Below are positions 29,931-37,580 of a stretch of DNA of 37,584 nucleotides, one piece after another. The notes below the pieces were generated by a model, which was given only the letters and a program-made list of their open reading frames with translations, searched no databases and was not told where the DNA came from. The DNA is from Oscillospiraceae bacterium. GTDB lineage: Bacteria; Bacillota; Clostridia; Oscillospirales; Acutalibacteraceae. The first letter of the stretch is position 1; every line of letters starts with the position of its first letter. Both the position numbers and the translations under genes were made by a program. The DNA is taken from contig CADBUK010000122.1 in the NCBI GenBank assembly GCA_902797915.1, positions 1 through 37,584 of the forward strand, given 5' to 3'.

Positions 29931-30434
29931 ATGAAATATGTACTATGCCTTGGCACGAATATCGGAAACCGTGCCGAAAATATTGAAAAGGCGATTAATT
30001 CGCTAAACCTATTGCCCTATACCGATGTGCTCAGGCGCTCGGGTATTTATGAAACGGAGCCCGTGGGCTACGCTCGCCAGCAGAATTTTTACAACTGCAA
30101 TCTGTTGGTAGAAAGTCAGTTTGAGCCGCATGAAATGCTGGGCATCTGCCTCGGTATTGAGGCGGCTTTCGGCAGAACAAGAGGCTTTGCAAACGGCCCC
30201 AGAATTTTGGATATTGACGTTATACTGGCGGAGGAGGAGCACATCAACACGCAGAATTTAACCGTGCCCCACCCGCGCGCAAAGGAGCGCCGCTTTGTTT
30301 TGCAGCCGTTGCTGGATTTGTTCCCGCAGGGCAGGGCGTTTAATTTTGATTTTGCAAACGCGCTTGCAAAAATCGAGGGGCAGGAGGTTAAGAAAATCGA
30401 CGAGCCCAAGGACTATTACTTAGAAGAAAAATAA
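29931..30434 (+). CDS. folK: HPPK (7,8-dihydro-6-hydroxymethylpterin pyrophosphokinase)
   Basis: LGTNIG, YETEPVG, GPRILDIDV, LTVPHPR, RRFVLQPL. Confidence 0.95.
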   Translation: MKYVLCLGTNIGNRAENIEKAINSLNLLPYTDVLRRSGIYETEPVGYARQQNFYNCNLLVESQFEPHEMLGICLGIEAAFGRTRGFANGPRILDIDVILAEEEHINTQNLTVPHPRAKERRFVLQPLLDLFPQGRAFNFDFANALAKIEGQEVKKIDEPKDYYLEEK

Positions 30435-30437
30435 GGT

Positions 30438-30483
30438 AAAACGGACAGCAAAAGGGTATTAGCCCCACGCCGTCCGTTTTTTT
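30438..30483 (+). terminator. Terminator after fol operon
   Basis: AAAACGGAC...GTCCGTTTTTTT. Confidence 0.6.
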
Positions 30484-30574
30484 AACAAAATTTTTAATTA
30501 TTAAAAAATTTCTCCCTGCAAATAATATTATTGCGTGGAAATGCGCAAATTATTTTGCAAGGGAGAATTTTGTT

Positions 30575-30751
30575 ATGAAAAAGAAAACGGAAAATATTAT
30601 GAAAGGCCTCGGCGCCGCAATGGCAGTCGGCTCCGTTGTTGCGGGCGCGGCGGCAACAATGGGCTCAAACAGCGCGAAAACAAAGCGCACAATGAAAAAA
30701 GCGGTGGACAAGGTTTCAAATTTTGTGGACACAATGTCCGATATGATGTAA
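30575..30751 (+). CDS. Small 58-aa hypothetical protein
   Basis: Not in ORF track: MKKKTENIMKGLGAAMAVGSVVAGAAATMGSNSAKTKRTMKKAVDKVSNFVDTMSDMM; GGGAGA RBS at 30561; terminator directly after the stop. Confidence 0.75.
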   Translation: MKKKTENIMKGLGAAMAVGSVVAGAAATMGSNSAKTKRTMKKAVDKVSNFVDTMSDMM

Positions 30752-30786
30752 AAAAAGGGGACGCCGCGTCGGCGTCCCCTTTTTTT
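30750..30786. terminator. Bidirectional terminator
   Basis: AAAAAAAGGGGACGCCG-cgt-CGGCGTCCCCTTTTTTT between the small gene and fba. Confidence 0.85.
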
Positions 30787-30833
30787 AACGATATATTTTG
30801 CGTTGCAAAATTTGAAATAATTTGCGGGGCAAA

Positions 30834-31775
30834 TTAATCAAAAGCATGGCCGGCAGAGCCGAATACAACGTCAATCTTGTGAGCCACAACCTCTTCAATA
30901 AGCTCTCTTGCGGGCTTGAGGTACTGGCGCGGGTCAAAGTGGGTCGGGTTCTCTGCAAAGTGCTGGCGGATTGCCGCGGTCATTGCAATTCTGATGTCGG
31001 AGTCAACGTTGATTTTGCAAACTGCCATTGAAGCAGCCTTGCGCAGCATTTCCTCAGGAATACCGATAGCGTCGGGCATCTCGCCGCCAAACTGGTTGAT
31101 AATCTTAATATGCTCCTGGTTAACGGAGGAAGCGCCGTGAAGCACAATCGGGAACTCGGGCAGCTGCTTTGCAACCTCCTCAAGAATGTCAAAGCGAAGC
31201 TGCGGCTTCTGGCCGGGCTTAAACTTGTAAGCGCCGTGGCTTGTGCCGATTGCGATTGCAAGGGAATCAACGCCTGTGCGGGTAGCAAAGTCGTAAACCT
31301 CCTCGGGTCTTGTGTAGGAAGCGTTGTCAGAGTCAACGGAAACCTCGTCCTCAACGCCGGCAAGCGTGCCGAGCTCGCCCTCAACGGTTACGCCGTGAGC
31401 GTGAGCGTATTCAACAACCTTCTTTGTTACGGCGATGTTCTCCTCATAAGGCAGGGAGGAACCGTCAATCATAACTGATGTGAAACCGCCGTCAATGCAG
31501 GATTTGCAGGTTTCAAAGTCAGGGCCGTGGTCAAGATGAAGCGCGATGGGAAGCTCTGTTTCCTCAACAGCAGCCTTAACCATAGCAACAAGATAACCGT
31601 TTGAAGCGTACTTGCGGGCACTTGCCGAGCACTGTAAAATAACGGGAGCCTCAAGCTTCTTTGCCGCACGGGTAATGCCCTGCACGATTTCCATATTGTT
31701 TACGTTAAAAGCGCCGATTGCGTAGCCGCCCTCGTATGCCTTTTTAAACATTTCTTTTGTAGTTACAAGTGGCAT
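30834..31775 (-). CDS. fba: Class II fructose-1,6-bisphosphate aldolase
   Basis: ALHLDHG, FTSVMIDGS, VEGELG, GTSHGAYK, VLHGAS, KINVDSD, FDPR. Confidence 0.96.
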   Translation of the reverse strand: MPLVTTKEMFKKAYEGGYAIGAFNVNNMEIVQGITRAAKKLEAPVILQCSASARKYASNGYLVAMVKAAVEETELPIALHLDHGPDFETCKSCIDGGFTSVMIDGSSLPYEENIAVTKKVVEYAHAHGVTVEGELGTLAGVEDEVSVDSDNASYTRPEEVYDFATRTGVDSLAIAIGTSHGAYKFKPGQKPQLRFDILEEVAKQLPEFPIVLHGASSVNQEHIKIINQFGGEMPDAIGIPEEMLRKAASMAVCKINVDSDIRIAMTAAIRQHFAENPTHFDPRQYLKPARELIEEVVAHKIDVVFGSAGHAFD

Positions 31776-31862
31776 TTTAAAATATCTCCTATGCTTTTAT
31801 TTTGGATTTAAAAATCCATTGTAAATATTATACTACATAAAATAATAAATAGCAATTGTTAT

Positions 31863-32471
31863 TTATATGTTTTTTCCTTTAAGCAGCGGCGAAAGCGGTT
31901 TGTAAATCAGCATTGAAACCGCAACGCTGATTAAGCCCTTAACAAACGTGAACGGCAGGTTGAAAACAAGCAGTGCCTCAAAAATACTCTTAATTGTCGG
32001 CAGTATTGCCTGATACATACCCAAAACCGCTTCCTCGGGGAAACCGAGCACGGAGTAGTAAAGCGGGTAAACAACGAGGTAATTGAACGGCACGCAGACC
32101 GCCGCCATTACAAGCGAACCCACCAGACCGCCTACAAACGCGCCGAGCTTGGTTTTCTTTTTCTTGTAAATAAAGCCCGCCGTGCCTGCAAACGCCGCAC
32201 CGAGAACGAAGTTTGACAGCTCGCCGATAAACTGGCTGCCGCTTGCGGGCATATGGATAATGTTTTTCAGCAGTTCAATTAAAATTCCCGCAACGGGACC
32301 GTAGGCGAACGCGCCCAGCAGCGCGGGCAAATCCGAAAAATCAAGCTTGATAAAACTCGGAATAATCGGAATTGAAATTTCAATGTACTGCAGAATTGCC
32401 GCCGCTGCGGTAAGCATTCCGCAGCCTGCAATCAGGCGGTTTTTTTTGATTCTTTTTTGTGCTTCTGACAT
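31863..32471 (-). CDS. ribU: ECF transporter S component, riboflavin (RibU)
   Basis: FIKLDFSDLPAL..F.YGP..G..IELLKN, IGELSNF, FNLPF..VKG; downstream of an FMN riboswitch. Start at MSEAQ after AGGAG. Confidence 0.88.
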   Translation of the reverse strand: MSEAQKRIKKNRLIAGCGMLTAAAAILQYIEISIPIIPSFIKLDFSDLPALLGAFAYGPVAGILIELLKNIIHMPASGSQFIGELSNFVLGAAFAGTAGFIYKKKKTKLGAFVGGLVGSLVMAAVCVPFNYLVVYPLYYSVLGFPEEAVLGMYQAILPTIKSIFEALLVFNLPFTFVKGLISVAVSMLIYKPLSPLLKGKNI

Positions 32472-32563
32472 AGCGTTTCTCCTCTGGCGCAAGCAAATGA
32501 ATCCAAATTGGTTTTCATTTGCTGATTTGCCCTTATATTTTGTTAAAAATACTCTTTTTGGGC

Positions 32564-32599
32564 AAAAGAGAAGCCCTAAGTATTTTGGGTACTTAGGGC
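32564..32599 (-). terminator. Riboswitch expression-platform terminator
   Basis: GCCCTAAGTA-cccaaaa-TACTTAGGGC-TTCTCTTTT on minus strand, between aptamer and ribU. Confidence 0.75.
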
Positions 32600-32633
32600 G
32601 TAAATGTTCTGACTTTGAAATATTATTTCAAAC

Positions 32634-32903
32634 ATTTTCTCTCATCCGGACTATACCGTCGGTCACGGAATTTCACCGTGTCGGGCGCAACGCGCTTCGC
32701 AGACTTTACTGCCGGTGGGGAATAAGGCTCTGCCGTTTGCAACAAATTTTGTTTTCTTCTTGCCTTTTCGCACAATAACATCGTTATATTTTTTTGCGAA
32801 GGCGAAAGCCTGCTCAAAAAACACGCCTTGTTCTTGCACAAAAATTCTGCGAATAAATTAAAAATCTGTTGCAAACGGCAGAGCTGCACCCCGCCCTGAA
32901 AAT
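32634..32903 (-). ncRNA. FMN riboswitch (RFN element), interrupted
   Basis: Minus strand: ATTTTCAGGGCGGGGTGCA[insert]ATTCCCCACCGGCAGTAAAGTCTGCGA...GACACGGTGAAATTCCGTGACCGACGGTATAGTCCGGATGAGAGAAAAT fits the RFN consensus. Confidence 0.9.
32724..32884. mobile_element. 161-bp MITE-like insert with terminal inverted repeats
   Basis: Perfect 18-bp IR GCTCTGCCGTTTGCAACA (32727-32744) / TGTTGCAAACGGCAGAGC (32867-32884), extending to 23/24; removal restores GGGGTGCAATTCCCC. Confidence 0.8.
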
Positions 32904-32918
32904 ATTTTTGTTGTTAGT

Positions 32919-32947
32919 ATTATATGCGCGGGAAAATGATTTGTCAA
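32919..32947 (-). promoter_or_regulatory. Sigma-A promoter for riboswitch-ribU
   Basis: TTGACA (32947-32942)-17 nt-TATAAT (32924-32919). Confidence 0.85.
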
Positions 32948-32963
32948 GCAGTGCTTGAAAATC

Positions 32964-33034
32964 AAATGCGGAATTAAAGGTTACTCGCGCAAGCGCCCGA
33001 TAATTCCGCATTCCGAATTCATAATTCCGAATTA
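32964..33034. repeat. Shorter copy of the 8232-8360 element
   Basis: 32964-32996 is 32/33 identical to 8256-8288, followed by the right heptamer arm. Confidence 0.8.
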
Positions 33035-34300
33035 ATTCTCGGGTACGTGGTTTTCCATTTCCTGCATTGTAACGGTTTCCTTAACGTTAACAGGCTGATA
33101 TTTTTCCTGATAATAGTTTTCGGGCACGCAGTCAAAGCTGCCGTCGGGGCGCAGCGTAATAATCGTGCAGCCGCGCTGTGAGCCGATTGTGGAAATTCCG
33201 CTGTAGGCAAGGTAATCTATGGACATTCCGTAGGTCATACGAACGCCCTTGTAGAACAGTGAAAAGTTGTTAAGGTGGTCGTGCCCGTTAAAAATGCCCT
33301 GAGTTGAGCCAAGCTCAAGCACCTTGTCAAAGAAGCCGTTGTTAAGGTTTGAGCAGTAAATAACCGCGCCTTCTTCGCCCGCCTTGCCGTAAACGTACTG
33401 CACGTTTTCCGTGTCCGCAAAACCGTTGGCGCAGTATTCGTTCCAGGCGTCCTTCATTTCAACAACGGGAATGTGGAAAAACGCAATTGATTTCGGAATG
33501 TTGCCGCCGTTCTGCTCCGCAAGGGCGTACAGCGTGTCCTCATACCAGTCAATCTGGTCGGTGTGAATGCAGTCGTAAACCCAGTTGATAGTGCTTTTAA
33601 GCGAGGTGTCAACGTAGTCGTTGGAGTCAATCATAAAAATACTCTGGGTGATTGTGCCCGCCGAGTTTTTAACGTTGATTACGTAGTTGCCCACGCCGTG
33701 CACGTCGGGGTCGCCTGCCTGGAACAGACAGTGCGGGTATTTGTCGCTCTCATACATTTCGCCGATATCCGCGCGGGTGTAGTACGAAAACGCTTCCGTG
33801 TCGTGATTACCGAAAACGGGCGCCCAGTAAACGCCGAGCTGTTCCATCAGTTCGGCAAAAACGCTTGCGGCGGTTTTGTTGTTAATCGTGCCCGCCTGAT
33901 AGGGAATGGGAAACGCAATATCGCCCGAAACGCAAACCAAATCGGGCTTTTCCGCAGTAATCATAGCGGCAACGGCGTTAAGCGCCATACTGTCCTTTTT
34001 AGTGCTCATAAAGCCCGCGCCGATATGAATATCGGTAAGCTGCATTACCTTAAAATCCCCGTCCGTAACGAAGGTGTAAAAGCCGTTGCCGTCAAGCGTC
34101 GGCTCAAGCTGAGCCTCGTATTCAACGGGTGCAACGCTTTTTGCAAAATTTTTTTCGGAACTGACGGTAACGGCGTTCGTTACGGTAACGCCGCCCGCAA
34201 CAAGCGCAATCAGCAAAACGAAAACCAAAAGTATAATTCCTATTACTTTGAGCGCTCTTTTGCCTTTTGATTTTTTTCCTTTAACCGTGGTGTCGTACAT
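33032..34300 (-). CDS. Membrane-anchored calcineurin-like metallophosphoesterase
   Basis: TDIH, SGD, FGNHD, FFHIP, GHDHLN; N-terminal TM. Confidence 0.88.
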   Translation of the reverse strand: MYDTTVKGKKSKGKRALKVIGIILLVFVLLIALVAGGVTVTNAVTVSSEKNFAKSVAPVEYEAQLEPTLDGNGFYTFVTDGDFKVMQLTDIHIGAGFMSTKKDSMALNAVAAMITAEKPDLVCVSGDIAFPIPYQAGTINNKTAASVFAELMEQLGVYWAPVFGNHDTEAFSYYTRADIGEMYESDKYPHCLFQAGDPDVHGVGNYVINVKNSAGTITQSIFMIDSNDYVDTSLKSTINWVYDCIHTDQIDWYEDTLYALAEQNGGNIPKSIAFFHIPVVEMKDAWNEYCANGFADTENVQYVYGKAGEEGAVIYCSNLNNGFFDKVLELGSTQGIFNGHDHLNNFSLFYKGVRMTYGMSIDYLAYSGISTIGSQRGCTIITLRPDGSFDCVPENYYQEKYQPVNVKETVTMQEMENHVPEN

Positions 34301-34311
34301 AAAATCTACCC

Positions 34312-34932
34312 CTATTCGTTAATTAAAAACTTTGTTTCCTTAATGATTTCCTTAACCGCCTGTGCGGTTATAATTCCGCCGAGCACAAGCGCGAAAATTC
34401 CGTCCGCCGCGAAGCCGATTTTCGGCGCAACAACAAGTCCGATAAGCGTAAAGGCGGTAACCCCGCAGTCAAGCACGCTGTCTAACACAAGGGCTCGGAG
34501 AATGTCAGACTGTGCGCTTTTGTTAAGCAGGTTGTAAATCAGCGCCATAAGCGCTTTTGCCAGAATTGACGCGCCGATTATTGCCGCGTATTTGTAGGTG
34601 TAAGAAATCGGCAGCGGGCGCAGAGTTCTTTGCAGCCCGTTATAAAGGAAGTAAACGCCCGTGCAGGCGATAACAAGATTTATAACAAAGGCGCACAGGC
34701 TTTGCGCGCGAAGGGACTTGCGTTCCGCCAGCCTCGCAATCAGCGCGAAGGTTAAAAGCGCAAGCAGGCAGGAAAAAACGTCCAGAAAATTATTTACCGC
34801 GTCGCAGTAAATCGCAAGCGAGGAACTGCTGATTGAAACGTAAAGCTTTGCAAGAAACAGCCCGAAGTTGCATATAATTCCGAAAACCGCCGCCGCAACG
34901 CCCGTTTTTTTCAAGCTTCTCACTCCCCGCAA
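34312..34932 (-). CDS. Cation diffusion facilitator, transmembrane domain only
   Basis: N..L...K......SSLAIYCDAVNNFLD, TM5 DSVLD, TM6 DG; six TMs. Start may be 34923 or 34914. Confidence 0.75.
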   Translation of the reverse strand: MRGVRSLKKTGVAAAVFGIICNFGLFLAKLYVSISSSSLAIYCDAVNNFLDVFSCLLALLTFALIARLAERKSLRAQSLCAFVINLVIACTGVYFLYNGLQRTLRPLPISYTYKYAAIIGASILAKALMALIYNLLNKSAQSDILRALVLDSVLDCGVTAFTLIGLVVAPKIGFAADGIFALVLGGIITAQAVKEIIKETKFLINE

Positions 34933-34986
34933 TAATTCTGATAATTTATTTTATCATAAATCGCGCGTGCGCGCAACTTAATTATG

Positions 34987-35015
34987 TTGACAAAACCGCG
35001 CGTTTTATTTATACT
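34987..35015 (+). promoter_or_regulatory. Sigma-A promoter for ArsR gene
   Basis: TTGACA-17 nt-TATACT. Confidence 0.75.
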
Positions 35016-35045
35016 TTTTATAACACGTTATTTGAGGTGACTACA

Positions 35046-35330
35046 ATGCTTGATGAAGAAATGGTTTATGACCTTGCGGATTTGTTTAAGGTTTTTTCCG
35101 ACTCCACAAGAGTTAAAATTCTTTGCTCGCTTTTTGAAAGGGAGCTTAACGTAACAGAGCTTTCAAACGAGGTCGGCGTTTCGCAGACGGCGGTTTCACA
35201 TCAGCTGCGCCTGTTAAAGCAAAGCCGCCTTGTTAAGTATAAGCGCGACGGCAAGCAGATTATTTACTCCCTTGCGGACGACCACGTTAAAACGATTATC
35301 GACTGCGGAATTGAACATATTGAGGAATAA
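35046..35330 (+). CDS. ArsR/SmtB-family metal-sensing repressor
   Basis: FKVFSDSTRVKIL, SQTAVSHQLRLL, alpha5 DDH-x10-HIEE; ATG at 35046 after GAGGTGA. Confidence 0.92.
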   Translation: MLDEEMVYDLADLFKVFSDSTRVKILCSLFERELNVTELSNEVGVSQTAVSHQLRLLKQSRLVKYKRDGKQIIYSLADDHVKTIIDCGIEHIEE

Positions 35331-35359
35331 AAAAGAGAGGCGTGAGCCTCTCTTTTTTA
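35328..35359. terminator. Bidirectional terminator
   Basis: TAAAAAAGAGAGGC-gtga-GCCTCTCTTTTTTA. Confidence 0.85.
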
Positions 35360-35423
35360 GTGAAATTCGTGCTTTGCACGAGCTAAATTTTTGCTTCGCA
35401 AAAGTGAAATTGCTCCGCAAGGA
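35359..35423. repeat. Linker/mini-hairpin array, locus 4
   Basis: AGTGAAATT 35359, AGCTAAATT 35381, AGTGAAATT 35403; spacers match the reverse complement of locus 1. Confidence 0.85.
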
Positions 35424-35478
35424 TTAATTTAATTGGGAGAACCTTCTTTACGAAGGCTCTCCCAAGGGTAGCCTTTTA

Positions 35479-36591
35479 TTATTTAACATACGCGCCGCTT
35501 GCGTTTACGTAGTAGCGTGTGCCGTTTGTTTTAATCCAGCTGCTTGTCTGCATAGCGCCTGTTTTGCTGACGTAGTACCAGGTGCCGTTCGTTTTAATCC
35601 AGCTGCTTGCCTGCATTGCGCCGTTGCTGTTGCTCAGGTAGTACCATTTGCCGCCGTCGTAAAGCCAGCCCTTAACCGCGTCGCCGTTATCGTCAAAGTA
35701 ATACCAGCTGCCGTCCAGGTACTGCCAGCCGAAGTAGTAATCGGCGTAGCTCAGGTATTCCTCAATGCCGGTAAGCGCGTCGGCGGTTGCGTACACCTCG
35801 TCGTAATCCGCCTTAAAGCAGCCCGCTTCGCTGTCGTAGAAATTCTTAATCAGCGTTTCGTATATTTCGTCCGCCTTATCCTTGTTGTCAACCGCGCAGT
35901 ATGCCGCCAGCGCAAGGGCGGTGGTGTCTGTGTTAGCGCCGGTGTAGGTGTTGATATAGCCGTCCTCGCTGTAATAGGTTTCCAGCACCTCAAGGGCGTT
36001 GTCAATTAATGTTTCATATTTGTCCGCAACAGGCGCCAGCGCAAGTATGAAGGTTGCAACATCGTCGCCGGAAATCCAGTCCTCGCTACCCCAAAAATTC
36101 GGGCCCTTGTCCTCAACATAGGTTGCGGCAAGCGCCTCTGCGTAGTCTGCCGCTTTTTGGGTCAAACCAAAGCTAATGCAAAGGCGAATTGCGGGCACGT
36201 AGTTGTACGGACTGTAAATCACCGGGTTGCTTTCGGACAGCAGTGCAACTGCGTCCTCCTTGTCAAAGCCCTCGGGGTATTCGCCCAGAGCGTTGCACAC
36301 GGAGATTATCTGCACGGCGTTGTCCATAGAGCTCTGCGCGCCTTCAAGGGTGCTGAGCGCGTTCTCAAAATAGCCGTCAACATAGCCGCTGACGTCAACT
36401 CCGGCGTTGATTACGTGTTCAAAATATCTTGAACCGTTAACTGTGAAGCCGCTTTCCTCATACTGCTTTGCAATATACTCTGCGGCGGACTTCTGCACCG
36501 CCTCCACATCTTTGATGTTTGCTCCGAACGCCGTTACGGAAGCGGACATAACCAGCGTTACCGCAAGGAGCACTGCTAAAATTCTCTTCAT
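35479..36591 (-). CDS. Secreted alpha-helical (prenyltransferase/transcobalamin alpha-like) protein with cell-wall-binding repeats
   Basis: Signal peptide MKRILAVLL...AFG; repeats DDVATFILAL, NTDTTALALAA, YATADAL; four W..(D/N)G.(W/R)YY repeats. Start 36591 after GAGGT. Fold assignment is inference. Confidence 0.7.
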   Translation of the reverse strand: MKRILAVLLAVTLVMSASVTAFGANIKDVEAVQKSAAEYIAKQYEESGFTVNGSRYFEHVINAGVDVSGYVDGYFENALSTLEGAQSSMDNAVQIISVCNALGEYPEGFDKEDAVALLSESNPVIYSPYNYVPAIRLCISFGLTQKAADYAEALAATYVEDKGPNFWGSEDWISGDDVATFILALAPVADKYETLIDNALEVLETYYSEDGYINTYTGANTDTTALALAAYCAVDNKDKADEIYETLIKNFYDSEAGCFKADYDEVYATADALTGIEEYLSYADYYFGWQYLDGSWYYFDDNGDAVKGWLYDGGKWYYLSNSNGAMQASSWIKTNGTWYYVSKTGAMQTSSWIKTNGTRYYVNASGAYVK

Positions 36592-36623
36592 TCCAATTAC
36601 CTCACCGTAATAGTATTTGCACC

Positions 36624-36785
36624 TCAAACGGATATCCTGACTTGCGCGTCGAGCCTCGGCTCCGCCTTCCCCAAGAAATGTTCAAGAGTGGCATACAGAG
36701 CCTTGTAGCGCTTACAGTAGAGTGAGCTGTCACGGATTTGCACCGTGTTCCCCGTGAGAAAACAGCAGTATTTTCTCTCAATGCA
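36624..36785 (-). ncRNA. Cobalamin riboswitch
   Basis: Minus strand: CGGGAACACGGTGCAAATCCGTGACAGC...ACTGTAA...GCCACT...GGGAAGGC...AAGTCAGGATATCCG (B12 box). Confidence 0.85.
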
Positions 36786-36791
36786 GTTAGT

Positions 36792-36842
36792 ATTATATAA
36801 CCGCAATTGCCTGTTGTCAAATTTTGCGGAATATGTTATTAT
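36792..36842. promoter_or_regulatory. Overlapping divergent sigma-A promoters
   Basis: Minus: TTGACA (36820-36815)-17-TATAAT (36797-36792). Plus: TTGTCA (36814-36819)-17-TATTAT (36837-36842) with an upstream TG. Confidence 0.7.
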
Positions 36843-36849
36843 TGCTTCT

Positions 36850-37527
36850 ATGAAACGAAAACAGATTATTATAATTCTTTGCGTGCTGCTTGCCGTATGC
36901 TCGGTTGCAATCGGCGTGCAGGCGCATAACGAAAAAAAAGAAAATTCAACCGAACCTAACTCAATAACGCAGCTTACGGAAACTCAGACCGAAAGCGAAG
37001 CAACTACGGCTCAAAGCACGACCGCAGAAGCTCAAACGCAAGGGGAGGAAAGCACCTCGGCAGGCAAAACCACCGCTAAGGCGCAGACCTCTGCGGAGGC
37101 GGGGAAGACTACGGCAAAGCAAACCACCACCGCAAAGCAGACTACCACTACCGAAAAGCCGACTACCGCAACGAATAAGATTACGGTCACAATTTCCGTA
37201 ACCTGCCATAACGCAGTGAAATACGGCAGCGACAGGGCGCCGGCGAGCGGCGTTATTATTTCTCCCGTAAGCTATACGGCGGAGGAGGGAGCCACGGTTT
37301 TTGACGTGCTGAAGGCTGTCAGCTCCTCACAGGGTGTTTCGCTCAACTATGACCGCCCGACCTATATCAGAGGCATCGGCGGGCTTAACGAAATGGATTG
37401 CGGCGGCGGCAGCGGATGGATGTACCGCGTTAACGACACAAAGCCTATGACCGCCTGCAACAAATACGTCCTTAAAGACGGCGACGTTATTGAATGGTAT
37501 TATGTAACAGGCGCTTCAGACAATTAA
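36850..37527 (+). CDS. DUF4430 (transcobalamin-like C-terminal domain) exported protein
   Basis: N-terminal signal/TM, Thr-rich linker, TVFDVL...YIRGIGGLNE.DCG..SGWMYRVN...Y.LKDGD.IEWYY. Confidence 0.85.
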   Translation: MKRKQIIIILCVLLAVCSVAIGVQAHNEKKENSTEPNSITQLTETQTESEATTAQSTTAEAQTQGEESTSAGKTTAKAQTSAEAGKTTAKQTTTAKQTTTTEKPTTATNKITVTISVTCHNAVKYGSDRAPASGVIISPVSYTAEEGATVFDVLKAVSSSQGVSLNYDRPTYIRGIGGLNEMDCGGGSGWMYRVNDTKPMTACNKYVLKDGDVIEWYYVTGASDN

Positions 37528-37543
37528 GGGCAAAACGCCCCCT

Positions 37544-37580
37544 CTGCCCACTGACCACTGACAACTGACCACTGCCCACT
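37544..37580. repeat. Heptamer tandem repeat
   Basis: CTGCCCA-CTGACCA-CTGACAA-CTGACCA-CTGCCCA-CT. Confidence 0.75.

Noticed and set aside
30535-30837. 100-aa plus ORF in the track
   Set aside because: Reads through a strong terminator; the 58-aa frame at 30575-30751 has the RBS and ends at the terminator.
32623-32889. 88-aa ORF over the riboswitch insert as a transposase remnant
   Set aside because: No transposase motif; its repeated LCRLQQI / LLQTAE strings are just the inverted repeats.
35500-35625. DNA tandem duplication of about 63 bp
   Set aside because: Encodes the cell-wall-binding repeats; explained by the CDS.
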